Assembly (NCBI GenBank): GCA_048302525.1
Contig: DBFDDV010000107.1
Span: 1-60,111 of the forward strand
Direction of reading: 5' to 3'
Origin: Collinsella sp.
GTDB taxonomy: Bacteria > Actinomycetota > Coriobacteriia > Coriobacteriales > Coriobacteriaceae
Length of the DNA stretch: 60,111 nucleotides
Shown: piece after piece, positions 12,338-21,700 of the stretch
How the letters are laid out: the number at the start of each line of letters is the position of its first letter
Numbering within the stretch: position 1 is the stretch's first letter
Program-made: the position numbers and the translations under genes
The notes under the pieces: model-generated
What the model saw: the letters and a program-made list of their open reading frames with translations, nothing else
What the model was told of the DNA's origin: nothing
The model's database searches: none

Positions 12338-13081
12338 CTATTGCATCGGGTCGGACAGGACCCGTTCGATCTCTGATGCGGGAAGTGCGCCTTGGCGCAG
12401 GATCTGGAGCTCGCCGTGCTGAAACGACACGATGGTCGAGGCGTCGCGACACGGGGTCTCACCGGCGTCGACGGCAACATCGACCCCCTCCAGGATGCGA
12501 CCCTCGACGGCGGCAAAGCCTGCCGGCGAGGGCGCGCCGTGCGTGTTGGCGCTCGTGCAGGCAAGGGGACTGCCGCAGGCGCGAATGAGCGCTTGGACCA
12601 CGGGAGAGGCCGAAGCGCGCAGGGCCACGGTGTCGTCGGCGGCGCGCATAAAGGTCGGAACGCAGGGGGCCGCCTTGACCACGATAGTCAGGGCGCCCGG
12701 CCAGCATCGTCGGGCGAGCACGCGGGCCTCGTTAGGGATATCCACGCCATAGCGGTCGAGTGCTTCAACGCCATCGACCAGCCAAGCAACGGTTTGCGTG
12801 AGTTCACGTTGCTTGAGAGTGAAGATACGTCGATAGCCGGTGCCAAGCGCAGGGACTGCGGCACCGTTGACGGCAGCCTGCGGATCGCGCGGCCACGATG
12901 GGAATTCGCTTGTATCTTGGGGCACGGCGTCCGAGAAGGCGTTGACTGCCACGGCGACACCGTAGACGGTCTCGGTCGGGATCAAAGCCAGGCCGCCGCG
13001 GCCGAGCACCTCGGCCGTGCGCTCGACGGCAAGCCGATGCGGCTCGCGCGTTCCCTCGTATACCCGATAGACCGTCTGCAT
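12338..13081 (-). CDS. tsaC: L-threonylcarbamoyladenylate synthase (TsaC/YrdC/Sua5 family)
   Basis: IPTETVYGV, K-x-R, WPGALT, TSANTHG, ASTIV, ILRQGAL; usual position downstream of prmC. Confidence 0.88.
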   Translation of the reverse strand: MQTVYRVYEGTREPHRLAVERTAEVLGRGGLALIPTETVYGVAVAVNAFSDAVPQDTSEFPSWPRDPQAAVNGAAVPALGTGYRRIFTLKQRELTQTVAWLVDGVEALDRYGVDIPNEARVLARRCWPGALTIVVKAAPCVPTFMRAADDTVALRASASPVVQALIRACGSPLACTSANTHGAPSPAGFAAVEGRILEGVDVAVDAGETPCRDASTIVSFQHGELQILRQGALPASEIERVLSDPMQ

Positions 13082-13215
13082 GTGTATGCCAGCCCCTTAC
13101 GCTCTGGTGCAAGTTTGTTTACTGTGGGGCATTCTCGCACGAAACGTTCAACCTATTTGCCCAGAGCGCATGTTGGTTTGGTGAGCGGCTCTAGTAGTCG
13201 GTGAAAGTGAGGGGG

Positions 13216-13662
13216 TTATTGGACTGCGACGAACTTCTTTGGCCTGCCGGCGTGGCGTTCTTGGGCGGCGTAGCGCTCGATGCTGTCTATCGTTATCATC
13301 CGACGGCCGTCGACAAGTTCAACATCGAGCTTTCCGGCTTTGACCAGCGCGGTAATCCGCGGAGCGGAGACTTTGAGGTCCAGCGCTGCGTCTTTAAATG
13401 TTCGGCACGCCGCTTCCCGAGCGTCCTCGTGGTCGATTTCGACTGAAAGGGCCACGACCTCGGCCGAGCGTTCGTACCCTGCCGGAGTCAAACCGTTGTT
13501 GAGGTCGTCGGCCAAAAACGCCATCAGTGCCTCGGTGGCATGGGCAATCGCTTCTTCGCGCGTATCGCCATCGGCAAAGGCGCCGGGAATCTGCGGGAAA
13601 CTGGCGCAGTAACCGTCGTCTTCTTTTATGAGAACGCAGTCATAGGTAAATCGCTGCCTCAT
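13216..13662 (-). CDS. hicB: HicB-family antitoxin with C-terminal excisionase-like HTH
   Basis: DDGYCASFPQIPGAFADGDTREEAIAHATEAL HicB signature; ATG 13662 with GGAGG SD. Confidence 0.85.
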   Translation of the reverse strand: MRQRFTYDCVLIKEDDGYCASFPQIPGAFADGDTREEAIAHATEALMAFLADDLNNGLTPAGYERSAEVVALSVEIDHEDAREAACRTFKDAALDLKVSAPRITALVKAGKLDVELVDGRRMITIDSIERYAAQERHAGRPKKFVAVQ

Positions 13663-13673
13663 TTTGCCTCCAA

Positions 13674-13859
13674 CTACCATTCAGCTTGGCGACGAATACT
13701 TGCCCACGTGCCCTTCTTTGGTCGATCACCACCAGAGCCGTTCACGGTGACAACACGGTCACCAGAAACATACTTAGCATGACTACCGACTTGCGCGACC
13801 TTCACGAATCCATCGTGCTTGAGTAGGGCAATGATTTCCCGAAAGGTAGGAGGTTGCAT
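13674..13859 (-). CDS. hicA: HicA-family mRNA interferase toxin
   Basis: 61 aa; REIIALLKHDGF...GSH (catalytic His)...KGTWASIRRQAEW; directly upstream of hicB. Confidence 0.85.
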   Translation of the reverse strand: MQPPTFREIIALLKHDGFVKVAQVGSHAKYVSGDRVVTVNGSGGDRPKKGTWASIRRQAEW

Positions 13860-13883
13860 GGGCCGACCTCTTTCAGCCGTCCT

Positions 13884-13905
13884 AATTATAAACTACTTTA
13901 TAATT
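13884..13905 (-). promoter_or_regulatory. hicAB operator palindrome overlapping TATAAT -10
   Basis: Perfect inverted repeat AATTATAAA-CTAC-TTTATAATT about 25 nt upstream of hicA. Confidence 0.65.
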
Positions 13906-13927
13906 TTTGCTAACCAGTTAATAAATA

Positions 13928-15178
13928 TTACTGGCGCTGTTTGGGCTCGGTGACGATGGCTCGGACGATGCGGGGGCGATCGGTGAGGTCATGGACGATA
14001 CGCACGTCCGAAAGGCCTGCCTGGCGACAGAGCTCGGCCGCGGCATCGAGGGCACCCTCGTAGAGCTCGCAGGCAAACAGGCCGCCGGCGCGCAGCATGT
14101 AAGGCGCCGCATTGAGCAGGCGGCGGAAGATATCGAGGCCGTCGGCGCCGCCCTCGAGCGCCAGGTCGGGCTCAAAATCCTTGACCTCGTGCGGCAGCGA
14201 GCGCATGACGCCGGTCGGGATGTAAGGTGGGTTGGAGACAAGCACGTCGAAGGTGCCCCACTCTTCGCGGGGAATAGAACTCACCAGGTTGGTGAGACTA
14301 AAGGCGACCTCGTCGGACGTGAGGCCAAGCGCATCGCGGTTTTTGGTGGCCAAATCGATAGCGCGCGGCTCGATATCGGTGGCGGTGCAGGTAATGTGGC
14401 CGCGGCGCTCCCAGGCAAGGGAGAGCGAAATGCAGCCCGTGCCGCAGCCGACCTCGAGAACGCGGGCGATGCGGGGCTCGGCTGGGGCAGGCGAAGCGGC
14501 ATCCTGAGCTGAAGCCGTCTCCTGGTCGGCACCCTCGATGGCGATGCCGTATTCGTCGAGCTCGGGCTCGGCGGCTTCCGCGGCTTCGGCTTCTGCTGCC
14601 TGCGCGGCGGCTTCCTCGGCCTCGCGGTCGGCCAGCTCCTCGGCATAGGCACGGCTGCCCAGCACATCGCCGCCCAGCGCCGCCTCGTCGGCGGCCGTCA
14701 GGTTAGCGGCACGGCGCTCGGCGGTCGCGCGTTCGTCTGCCAGCGCGGCCTCGGCCTTGCGTGCCTCCTCAACCTCATCGTTCCAGGGCAGCTCAACGCG
14801 CTGACGGGCGGCAGCCTCGGGGCTCAGCACCTCGGCATCCAGATAATTGAGGACTTCCTCGACGAGCATCTCGGTCTCGGGACGCGGAATGAGCACGCCG
14901 GGGGCGCACGCGACGTCGATCATGCGAAACTGCGTGCTGCCGGTGATGTACTGCAGCGGTTCACCTTTAGCGCGACGAACAACGGCCGCGTGCATGGTCT
15001 CGAGCTGAGCCGCGTTAAGCGTCTCGTCCATGCGCATATATAGGTCAATGCGCGCCAGGCCCGTGGCGGCGCACAGCAGCCACTCGGCAGAAAGACGGGG
15101 GTGCTCCTCGCCGCGCTCGGCCAGGTACTCCTTGGTCCACTCGAGACAACGCTTGATGGTCCAAATCTCGTTTGCCAT
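13928..15178 (-). CDS. prmC: Release factor glutamine N5-methyltransferase with large acidic insertion
   Basis: RRAKGEPLQYITG, VLIPRPETE, LEVGCGTG, VSNPPYI, EPDLALEGGADGL; next to prfA; ATG 15178 with GAGGGG SD. Confidence 0.93.
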   Translation of the reverse strand: MANEIWTIKRCLEWTKEYLAERGEEHPRLSAEWLLCAATGLARIDLYMRMDETLNAAQLETMHAAVVRRAKGEPLQYITGSTQFRMIDVACAPGVLIPRPETEMLVEEVLNYLDAEVLSPEAAARQRVELPWNDEVEEARKAEAALADERATAERRAANLTAADEAALGGDVLGSRAYAEELADREAEEAAAQAAEAEAAEAAEPELDEYGIAIEGADQETASAQDAASPAPAEPRIARVLEVGCGTGCISLSLAWERRGHITCTATDIEPRAIDLATKNRDALGLTSDEVAFSLTNLVSSIPREEWGTFDVLVSNPPYIPTGVMRSLPHEVKDFEPDLALEGGADGLDIFRRLLNAAPYMLRAGGLFACELYEGALDAAAELCRQAGLSDVRIVHDLTDRPRIVRAIVTEPKQRQ

Positions 15179-15567
15179 GGGGCCCTCCCCTCTTAAGCGC
15201 CGGACGGCGCGCGAATGTCGGAGCAGATTGTACGCGAGGCCAGCGCTTGGCAAGGGACGATTGAAGGCGATTATCGAGAATCAGCCCAGATTTTTGCACC
15301 GAGCTCGCTCAAAGTGTTCATTCGCCGACGTCTAGATTTGCATTCGTCAAGCTTTTGGCAAGGTTGCCCCAAAACTAACCAATATCTAACCAAGAACTTG
15401 CCAAATCACTTGACGCGCGACGCATCAAAAATCGCCCCGCGACTTCTTGAACGATTTTTCGAGCATTATTTTCAATAGCAGATGAATGCCGCTAATTTCT
15501 TTGAGCAGGTAGCCGACTTCATGGCCATCAAAGCCGATTGAATAACATCTCAAAGCAATGTGCCCAA

Positions 15568-15600
15568 CCTAGTCATTTAAGAACGTCCCCAATGACTACC
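15568..15600. repeat. REP-like palindrome, GGGGACG-loop type
   Basis: TAGTCATT-13 nt-AATGACTA; 15583-15600 is the exact reverse complement of 34285-34302. Confidence 0.65.
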
Positions 15601-15671
15601 TCTAAGGCGCCGCAGGTTGAGCATACCGCATCCGGAGCAAGGCAGCGCCGCAGGTAGAGGACGGACAGCGA

Positions 15672-15808
15672 GCGGGTCGCATTTGAGACAAGGTGACGTG
15701 AAACGAAAGGGCGCTGACCTTCTGGTCGCGCCCTTGAAGTTGAACGCCAGATTGTCCAAATGCGGCCCGCGCAGCGTCGGCTGGTCCGCCGTTCGGTAGA
15801 ACGGCGGA
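15672..15808. repeat. Hairpin-family B long palindrome plus GGTA-loop hairpin downstream of prfA
   Basis: 15672-15685 pairs with 15757-15770; apex AAGGGCGC-T-GACC-TTCT-GGTC-GCGCCCTT; 10-bp GGTA-loop hairpin 15785-15808. Confidence 0.8.
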
Positions 15809-15810
15809 AC

Positions 15811-16878
15811 CTACACGGCCTGTGCCAGCTTCTCGGCTCGCTCGGCGGCGGCGAGGGCCTCGATGACGGTGCCGAGCTGGTCGCCCAGAAGCACGCCGTT
15901 GTAGGTGGAGTTGAAGCCGATGCGGTGATCGGTCACACGGTCCTGGGGCTGGTTGTAGGTACGGATCTTCTCGGAACGGTTGCCGTGGCCGATCTGGCTC
16001 TGACGCTCGGCACCGAGCTCGGCCTGCTGCTTCTCGAGCTCCATCTCGTACAGACGGGCGCGCAGCATCTGCATGCAGACCTCGCGGTTCTGAATCTGGG
16101 AGCGCTGCTCCTGCGACTGCACCACGGTATTGGTGGGCAGGTGGGTGATGCGCACGGCAGAGTAGGTGGTGTTAACGCACTGACCGCCAGGGCCGGAAGC
16201 GCAGTAGGTGTCGATGCGCAGATCGGACTGGTTAATCTGGACGTCGATCTCCTCGGCCTCGGGAAGCACGGCGACGGTAGCCGTGGAAGTCTGGATACGG
16301 CCCTGGGACTCGGTCTTGGGAACGCGCTGGACGCGGTGCACGCCCGACTCGTACTTCATGACGGAGTAGACGCGGTCGCCCTCGACCTTGAACTCGATGG
16401 ACTTAAAGCCGCCAGCCTCGCTGGGGCTGGAATCGAGCACCGTGGTCTTCCAACCGCGCGACTCGCAGAAGCGCTGGTACATCTTGTACAGATCGCCGGC
16501 AAAGATGGCAGCCTCGTCGCCACCGGCGGCGGAGCGGATCTCGACGATGGTGTTCTTGTCGTCGTTGGGATCGCTCGGGATGAGCATGTACTTGATGTCT
16601 TCCTCGAGCTGCGGGAGCTTTTCCTCGTTCTCGGAGATGTCCATCTGGAGCATCTCCTTCTCGTCCGCATCGCTGGTGTCGCGGAGCATCTCCTTGGCGG
16701 CCTCGATGTCATCGAGCGCGCCGATGTACTCACGCGAGGCAGCGATGAGGTCGGACTGGTGTGCGTACTCCTTGTTGAGACGCGTGAACTCCTTGATGTC
16801 GGAGGCGACGGCCGGGTCGGAAAGCTTCTTCTCGAGCTCCTCGTAGGCCTTGATGATCTTTTCGAGCTTGTCGCGCAT
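15811..16878 (-). CDS. prfA: Peptide chain release factor 1
   Basis: GGDEAAIFA, ESGVHRVQRVPKTE (PxT motif), SGPGGQ, RSEKIRTYN. Confidence 0.98.
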   Translation of the reverse strand: MRDKLEKIIKAYEELEKKLSDPAVASDIKEFTRLNKEYAHQSDLIAASREYIGALDDIEAAKEMLRDTSDADEKEMLQMDISENEEKLPQLEEDIKYMLIPSDPNDDKNTIVEIRSAAGGDEAAIFAGDLYKMYQRFCESRGWKTTVLDSSPSEAGGFKSIEFKVEGDRVYSVMKYESGVHRVQRVPKTESQGRIQTSTATVAVLPEAEEIDVQINQSDLRIDTYCASGPGGQCVNTTYSAVRITHLPTNTVVQSQEQRSQIQNREVCMQMLRARLYEMELEKQQAELGAERQSQIGHGNRSEKIRTYNQPQDRVTDHRIGFNSTYNGVLLGDQLGTVIEALAAAERAEKLAQAV

Positions 16879-17074
16879 GGCGGGACTCCTTTATGTGCGT
16901 GAAGGTGAAAATCGGCAGAGTTGATGGGGCGCGCGGCGCCACTGCGGGGGTAAGCCCAGCTAGAACATGTCGATCTTCAGATACATGCGCATCCCTTCGC
17001 GTATGGGGTACATAGTTGCGGTCTAACCCATACATGATAGCGTGCGCAGGCATACCTGCATATAACCCGCACGG

Positions 17075-17095
17075 AATGTGACACAGGGTCAGTCC
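17075..17095. repeat. Left half of split family-A palindrome (island left junction)
   Basis: AATGTGACACAGGG-TCAGTCC; matches left arm of 41345-41375. Confidence 0.65.
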
Positions 17096-17109
17096 GCCAA
17101 CGTAAGGCT

Positions 17110-18435
17110 CTACTTTAAGAACATGGCCATATATAACGGAAGCGTCACCTTTTTGCCGTCTCGGCCGACGTTGCCGTCTATCAGCTTGTACCCAAGGTTC
17201 ACGTCCTGCCGCTCGAGCATGTCGTTGAGCGATACCGTAGATCCGCGCGAGGCCTTCACCTCAATGGGCACAACGCTCGCGTCGGGCGAGTCGACGAGAA
17301 ACTCTATTTCCCTATCGCCCTTCTGCGACCGCCAATAGCGCAGAGCCACACCCCGCGCCGAAAGCATGCAGGCGACCAGGTTCTCGTAGAGGCCGCCTTT
17401 CATGGGACCCGCGAGCTTGTTGTTCACCACCGCTTCCAGCATTTCAAAGCCGTACATGGCCATGAGCACGCCCGTATCGGCGGCATAGAGGCGAAACTTC
17501 GTCCCATCTTCATAGGCGGCAAGAGGGAATTGGGCGGCGCTCACCGACTGGCACCGTCGCACCATACCTGCTCCCACGAGCCAATCCACGGACGAGCCAA
17601 ATTTGCGCGCCGTTCCCCTGTTCTCGACCACGGAATACTGGAACTTCGTATTCTCCTTTGCGAGCTGGCGCGGCAACGATTCAAAGCACGCCCGCGCACG
17701 CCCGCGCTCGGGGGCTTGCGCGTATCGAGCCACGTCGTCGAGATACGAGGCGAGCAGCCTGCTTTGCTCGTCGAAAGCAACGGCGAAGTTGTCCGTCCGC
17801 GCAAAGGCGTCCACCACCGCAGGCATACCGCCGACCGCGAGGTACTCGCGCAGCATCTGCATCATCTTCTGATTCACCGCAACGGGCACGGGCATCAACG
17901 ACTCATAGTATTCCCGCAAATTGGCGATATCGTCCTCCCCATACCCGCGCGCCCAAAGGTACTCCTCAAAATCGAGGGGGCCCATTTCGACCTCTCGCTC
18001 GTACCCAACGGGAATGGAGGCGAGCGCAGCCTCCTCTTTGAACCGAATGCCCAAGAGCGAGCCCGACGCAACGACATCGCACCTGCCGTCGAGAGCGAGA
18101 TACTTGAGCGCAGCGCGAGCACGTGGGCACTCCTGAATCTCGTCGAGGAAAAGAAGCGTTCGTCCTGGAACAAAGCGCACGCCGGGCACGACGAGCGATA
18201 TCTGCCGGTAGATCGAGTCGGCATCGATTGGGCCATCGAACACCCGCTTAAGGTCCGGGGACCCAATGAAGTCTATGGAGATGAAGCTTTCGTAGTCCTG
18301 CCGCCCGAACTCGGCGACGATGTACGACTTGCCAACCTGTCGCGCGCCCTTGATGAGAAGGCATTCGGCGCCCTTTTCCGCCCGCCACGAACGGAGGTTG
18401 TCGAGCATCTTTCGCTTCAGCACACTACGCACCAT
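17110..18435 (-). CDS. AAA_14 ATPase with C-terminal DUF4143 (PD-(D/E)XK-like) domain, paralog 1
   Basis: GARQVGKS Walker A, LFLDEIQ Walker B, GGMP, DTG, ENLVA, EIEF...PIEVKAS; start could be GTG at 18423. Confidence 0.9.
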   Translation of the reverse strand: MVRSVLKRKMLDNLRSWRAEKGAECLLIKGARQVGKSYIVAEFGRQDYESFISIDFIGSPDLKRVFDGPIDADSIYRQISLVVPGVRFVPGRTLLFLDEIQECPRARAALKYLALDGRCDVVASGSLLGIRFKEEAALASIPVGYEREVEMGPLDFEEYLWARGYGEDDIANLREYYESLMPVPVAVNQKMMQMLREYLAVGGMPAVVDAFARTDNFAVAFDEQSRLLASYLDDVARYAQAPERGRARACFESLPRQLAKENTKFQYSVVENRGTARKFGSSVDWLVGAGMVRRCQSVSAAQFPLAAYEDGTKFRLYAADTGVLMAMYGFEMLEAVVNNKLAGPMKGGLYENLVACMLSARGVALRYWRSQKGDREIEFLVDSPDASVVPIEVKASRGSTVSLNDMLERQDVNLGYKLIDGNVGRDGKKVTLPLYMAMFLK

Positions 18436-18448
18436 CCTTCACCTGCTG

Positions 18449-18560
18449 TTTGCAGCTTTTCAGGATGGATTTTACCAACTTTTGCAGCTTTTCCGGGTGT
18501 ATTTGGCCTAGATTTGCAGCTTTTCCGGGTCCAGATAGCCGCTTCGTGCAGCTTTTCCGG
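18449..18560. repeat. Four-unit direct repeat array, 32-bp period
   Basis: TGCAGCTTTTC(C/A)GG starts at 18451, 18483, 18515, 18547 with non-identical intervening sequence. Confidence 0.9.
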
Positions 18561-18640
18561 ACTTCTAGAGGGCGCGGCGCGCTTAGGAGCTGCAGAATCA
18601 TAATCGCGTGCAAACGGCGGGCTAACATAGCCTTTCACCG

Positions 18641-18678
18641 AAAAGGGCGGGCGGCCGCGCCCTGCGACCACCCGCCCT
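18641..18678 (-). terminator. Intrinsic terminator after adhesin gene
   Basis: AGGGCGGG...CCCGCCCT stem followed by TTTT on the minus strand. Confidence 0.6.
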
Positions 18679-18706
18679 CAATCAAATCCCTTCTCGGCAG
18701 CCGCAG

Positions 18707-21700
18707 CTACCGGTTCCGGCGCCGCAGGATCACACCTGTGGCGATCAGCACCACTGCGCCGCCCGCGATGCCACCCAGGGCCATCGGCGACAAGCTGGTA
18801 TCGCCCATGTTCGGCAGACCCGGCTTCTCCTCCTTCGACACCGGTGGGTTGGTGGGCGGCTCCGTCGGCGGGTTGACCGGCGGGGTGGTCGGCGGCGTGT
18901 ACGTGTTCTTGAACACCGGCGCCACGTCACCGTCATAGGTTACCGTCGCCACCAGATGGCCCGCGCCGTCGTCCGTCACCGTCACCGTTACCTGGTGCTC
19001 GGCCGCGTCGTACGTCACGTTCTTCTGAGCGTCGTTCACCTCGGAGATGCTGTAGCCGTACGTTCCGGGCTTGTCGTACGAGATCGCCTTGAAGCCCACC
19101 GTGCCGTCCGCCGCGTTCTTGGCGGTCTGCAGCACCTTGCCGTCGGCATCCTTCAGCTGGAAGGAGAACTGCCCTTCCTTCAGGTCCTTGCCGCTCAGCA
19201 CCTTGGAGGCCCCCAGCTTCACCTCAGTCGCGGCCGGCGCGTAGCTGTTGCTGAACGCCACCGCATCCGCAGCCTTGCCGCCCGTGCTGTAGGCAACCTG
19301 CGCCTCCAGCGCGTGCGTCTCCGCATTCTCCGTCACCGTCACCGTCGCGGTAAAGACCGTCGTGTCGTAGGTGACGCCGTTCGTCGCCGCGCCGACCTGC
19401 TCGGAGACGGTATAGACATACGTCCCCGCCTTGTCCAGCTGCAGCGGCGCAAAGTTAAACGTGCCGTCGACGCCGTTCTGCACCGTCTGGACCACGTTGC
19501 CGGCGGCGTCCTTCAGGTCGAAGGAAAACTCGCCCTCGGCCAGGTCGCGGCCGGTCAGGGCCTTCGTTCCGGTAATCGTCGCCGTCGTTGCCGTCGGCGT
19601 GTAGGTGTTGGTGAAGGTCAGATCCGCGGCCGTCTTGTTCGCCGTCGCGGTCAGCTGGCCGCTGCCGTCGTCGGTCACGCTCACCGTCACATCCAACACC
19701 GCATCGCTGTAAGTGATGGTGCCATCTTGGCCCGCAACCTCCTTCACCTGGTACGTATGCGAACCAGTCGCAGTGTACGAGATGGCCTTGAAGGTAAACG
19801 CGATACCCGCGTTCGTGGTCCGGTCAATCTCCTGCCCGGTGGCCGCGTCAATCAGCGCGAACGTGAACTCGCCATCGGCGGGCGTCCGCATGGTGGCCGA
19901 ATCGGTATTCTCAAGCACCTTGATGCCGGAGATCTGGTAGGAGGTCGCGCCCGGCTGGTAGCTGTTCGCAAACGTCATGGTGTTGGGGGTGACGCCGTTC
20001 TCGGTGCCCTTGCTCGGCTTCGCCGTGGAGCTCTCTACCGCCAGCTTGCCGTCGTTGTTGTCCTTCACCACGTAGGTCAGGGTGTACGTCTTGCCGGTGT
20101 AGGTCACGCCCGGCACGCCCGGCGCGTCCCCCGTCGGCTGCACCTCGCGGACCGTGTAGGTAAAGGTGCCCGCATGGTCGAAGGTCAGCTTGTCGAAGGC
20201 AACCTTGCCGTGCGCATCGTTCTTCTGGGTCTGGATCACCGAGCCGTCAGACCCCACCAGCTCGAAGGCGAAGTCTCCCGCCTTTAGCTGATAGCTGCCG
20301 TCGTGCACGTCAACGCTCTTGGTGAGGGCGATCGCGCCGGAGTCCGTCGCCTGTGCCTCGTAGGTGTTGGTGAAGCTGGGCTTCGTGACATTCGTGCCGT
20401 CGTAGGCGACGCTCGCCTGCAGCGTGCCGGCATTGTCCGCAACCGTCACCACGGCATGGTGCACCGCGGCGTCGTAGGTCACGTAGGCCAGATCACCCTT
20501 CCGCTCCACGATGGTGTACTCGTGCGTGCCCGGCTTCGCGTAGGAGAAGGCGTCGAAGTTAACACTTCCGTCCGCGCCGTTGGTCGCGGTCCGGACGGGC
20601 TTGGCCCCGGCAAGCTGCTCAGCCGTCAGGTTGCCCTCGTACACATCGAAGGTGAACTCGCCGCACTTGGGGACGATCGGCGTGTTGTCGTCCTTCTTCA
20701 CATAGCTCTTCTGCGCACCGAGGGCCAGGCCGGTCGCGGCCGGCTGGTAGGTGTTGGTGAAGGTATCCGAGCCGGATGCGCTCGTCACGATCGCCTTCGC
20801 ATTCAGTGCTCCGTTCCCGCCGTCCGTGACCGTCACCGTATAGGTGAGGGGATGGCTGTCATAGACCATGCCCGGCTCCGTGCCCGACTGTTCCACGATG
20901 GTGTAGGTGAAGTCCTTGCTCGCGGCGCCGTCCAAGTCGGAGAGCTGGAACTCGCGCGTGAAGCTGACCTTGCCGTTTGCATCGTTCTTCGCGGTGTCGA
21001 GCACGTTGCCGGCAGCGTCCTTCAGGTCGAAGGTGAACTCGCCGTCCGCGGGCTTCGTCGTGTGGTCGAAGCCGTCCGCAACCTTGATGGTCTTGGTCGC
21101 CGTCAGGATTACGGAACCCTTTGCGTCGTAGGTGTTGTTGAAGGTGGGAGCCGTAGCGGCACCGTCATAGGTGACGGTCACCTTCGTCTTGTTGTTGTCG
21201 CCCTGGTTCTGCTCTACCTTGACGTGGACCTTGACTTCCTTGACGTCGTAGTCCACGCCGTCGACGGTCTGGCCCGCCTTCTCCTCCTTGAGCGTGTAGT
21301 CGTACTCGCCCAGGTTCAGGCCCTTGACGGCCAGCTTGACCTTGCCGCCCTGGTCGTTGGTGCCCTTGGCAACCTCGTTGCCGGCCTGGTCGTACAGGCC
21401 GAAGGTGAACGCGTCGGCCGTCAGGTCCTTGCCCGCGAGAACTTTCGTGGCCTCAACGACGACATTCGCCGTCGGCTTCGTGTTGGTGAAGGTCGGCACG
21501 GCCTTCTCTCCGTCGTATGTGACGGTCGCCTTCAGCTCGCCCTTCTCGTCGGTGACCTTGACGTGGACCCTTACGTCCTTCGCGTCGTAGACGACGGTCG
21601 AGTCGTTGCCGGCAACCTCCCTGATGGCGTAGTCGTGCTCGCCCGGCGTAGCGTAGTCGATGGCCGCAAAGGCGACCTTGCCGTCCTTGTCGTTTTGGGC

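Noticed and set aside
14470..14840. Intein in prmC
   Set aside because: No N-terminal Cys/Ser block, no C-terminal His-Asn, low-complexity composition
18449..18560. CRISPR array call for this array or for 53262-53433
   Set aside because: Repeats of 14-16 bp and spacers of 14-18 nt are too short, the second array alternates orientation, and no cas genes are present
18417..18938. Short ORFs with repeated peptides (PEKLQ, FAAF) over array 1
   Set aside because: Artefacts of the 32-bp DNA repeat; the period is not a multiple of 3
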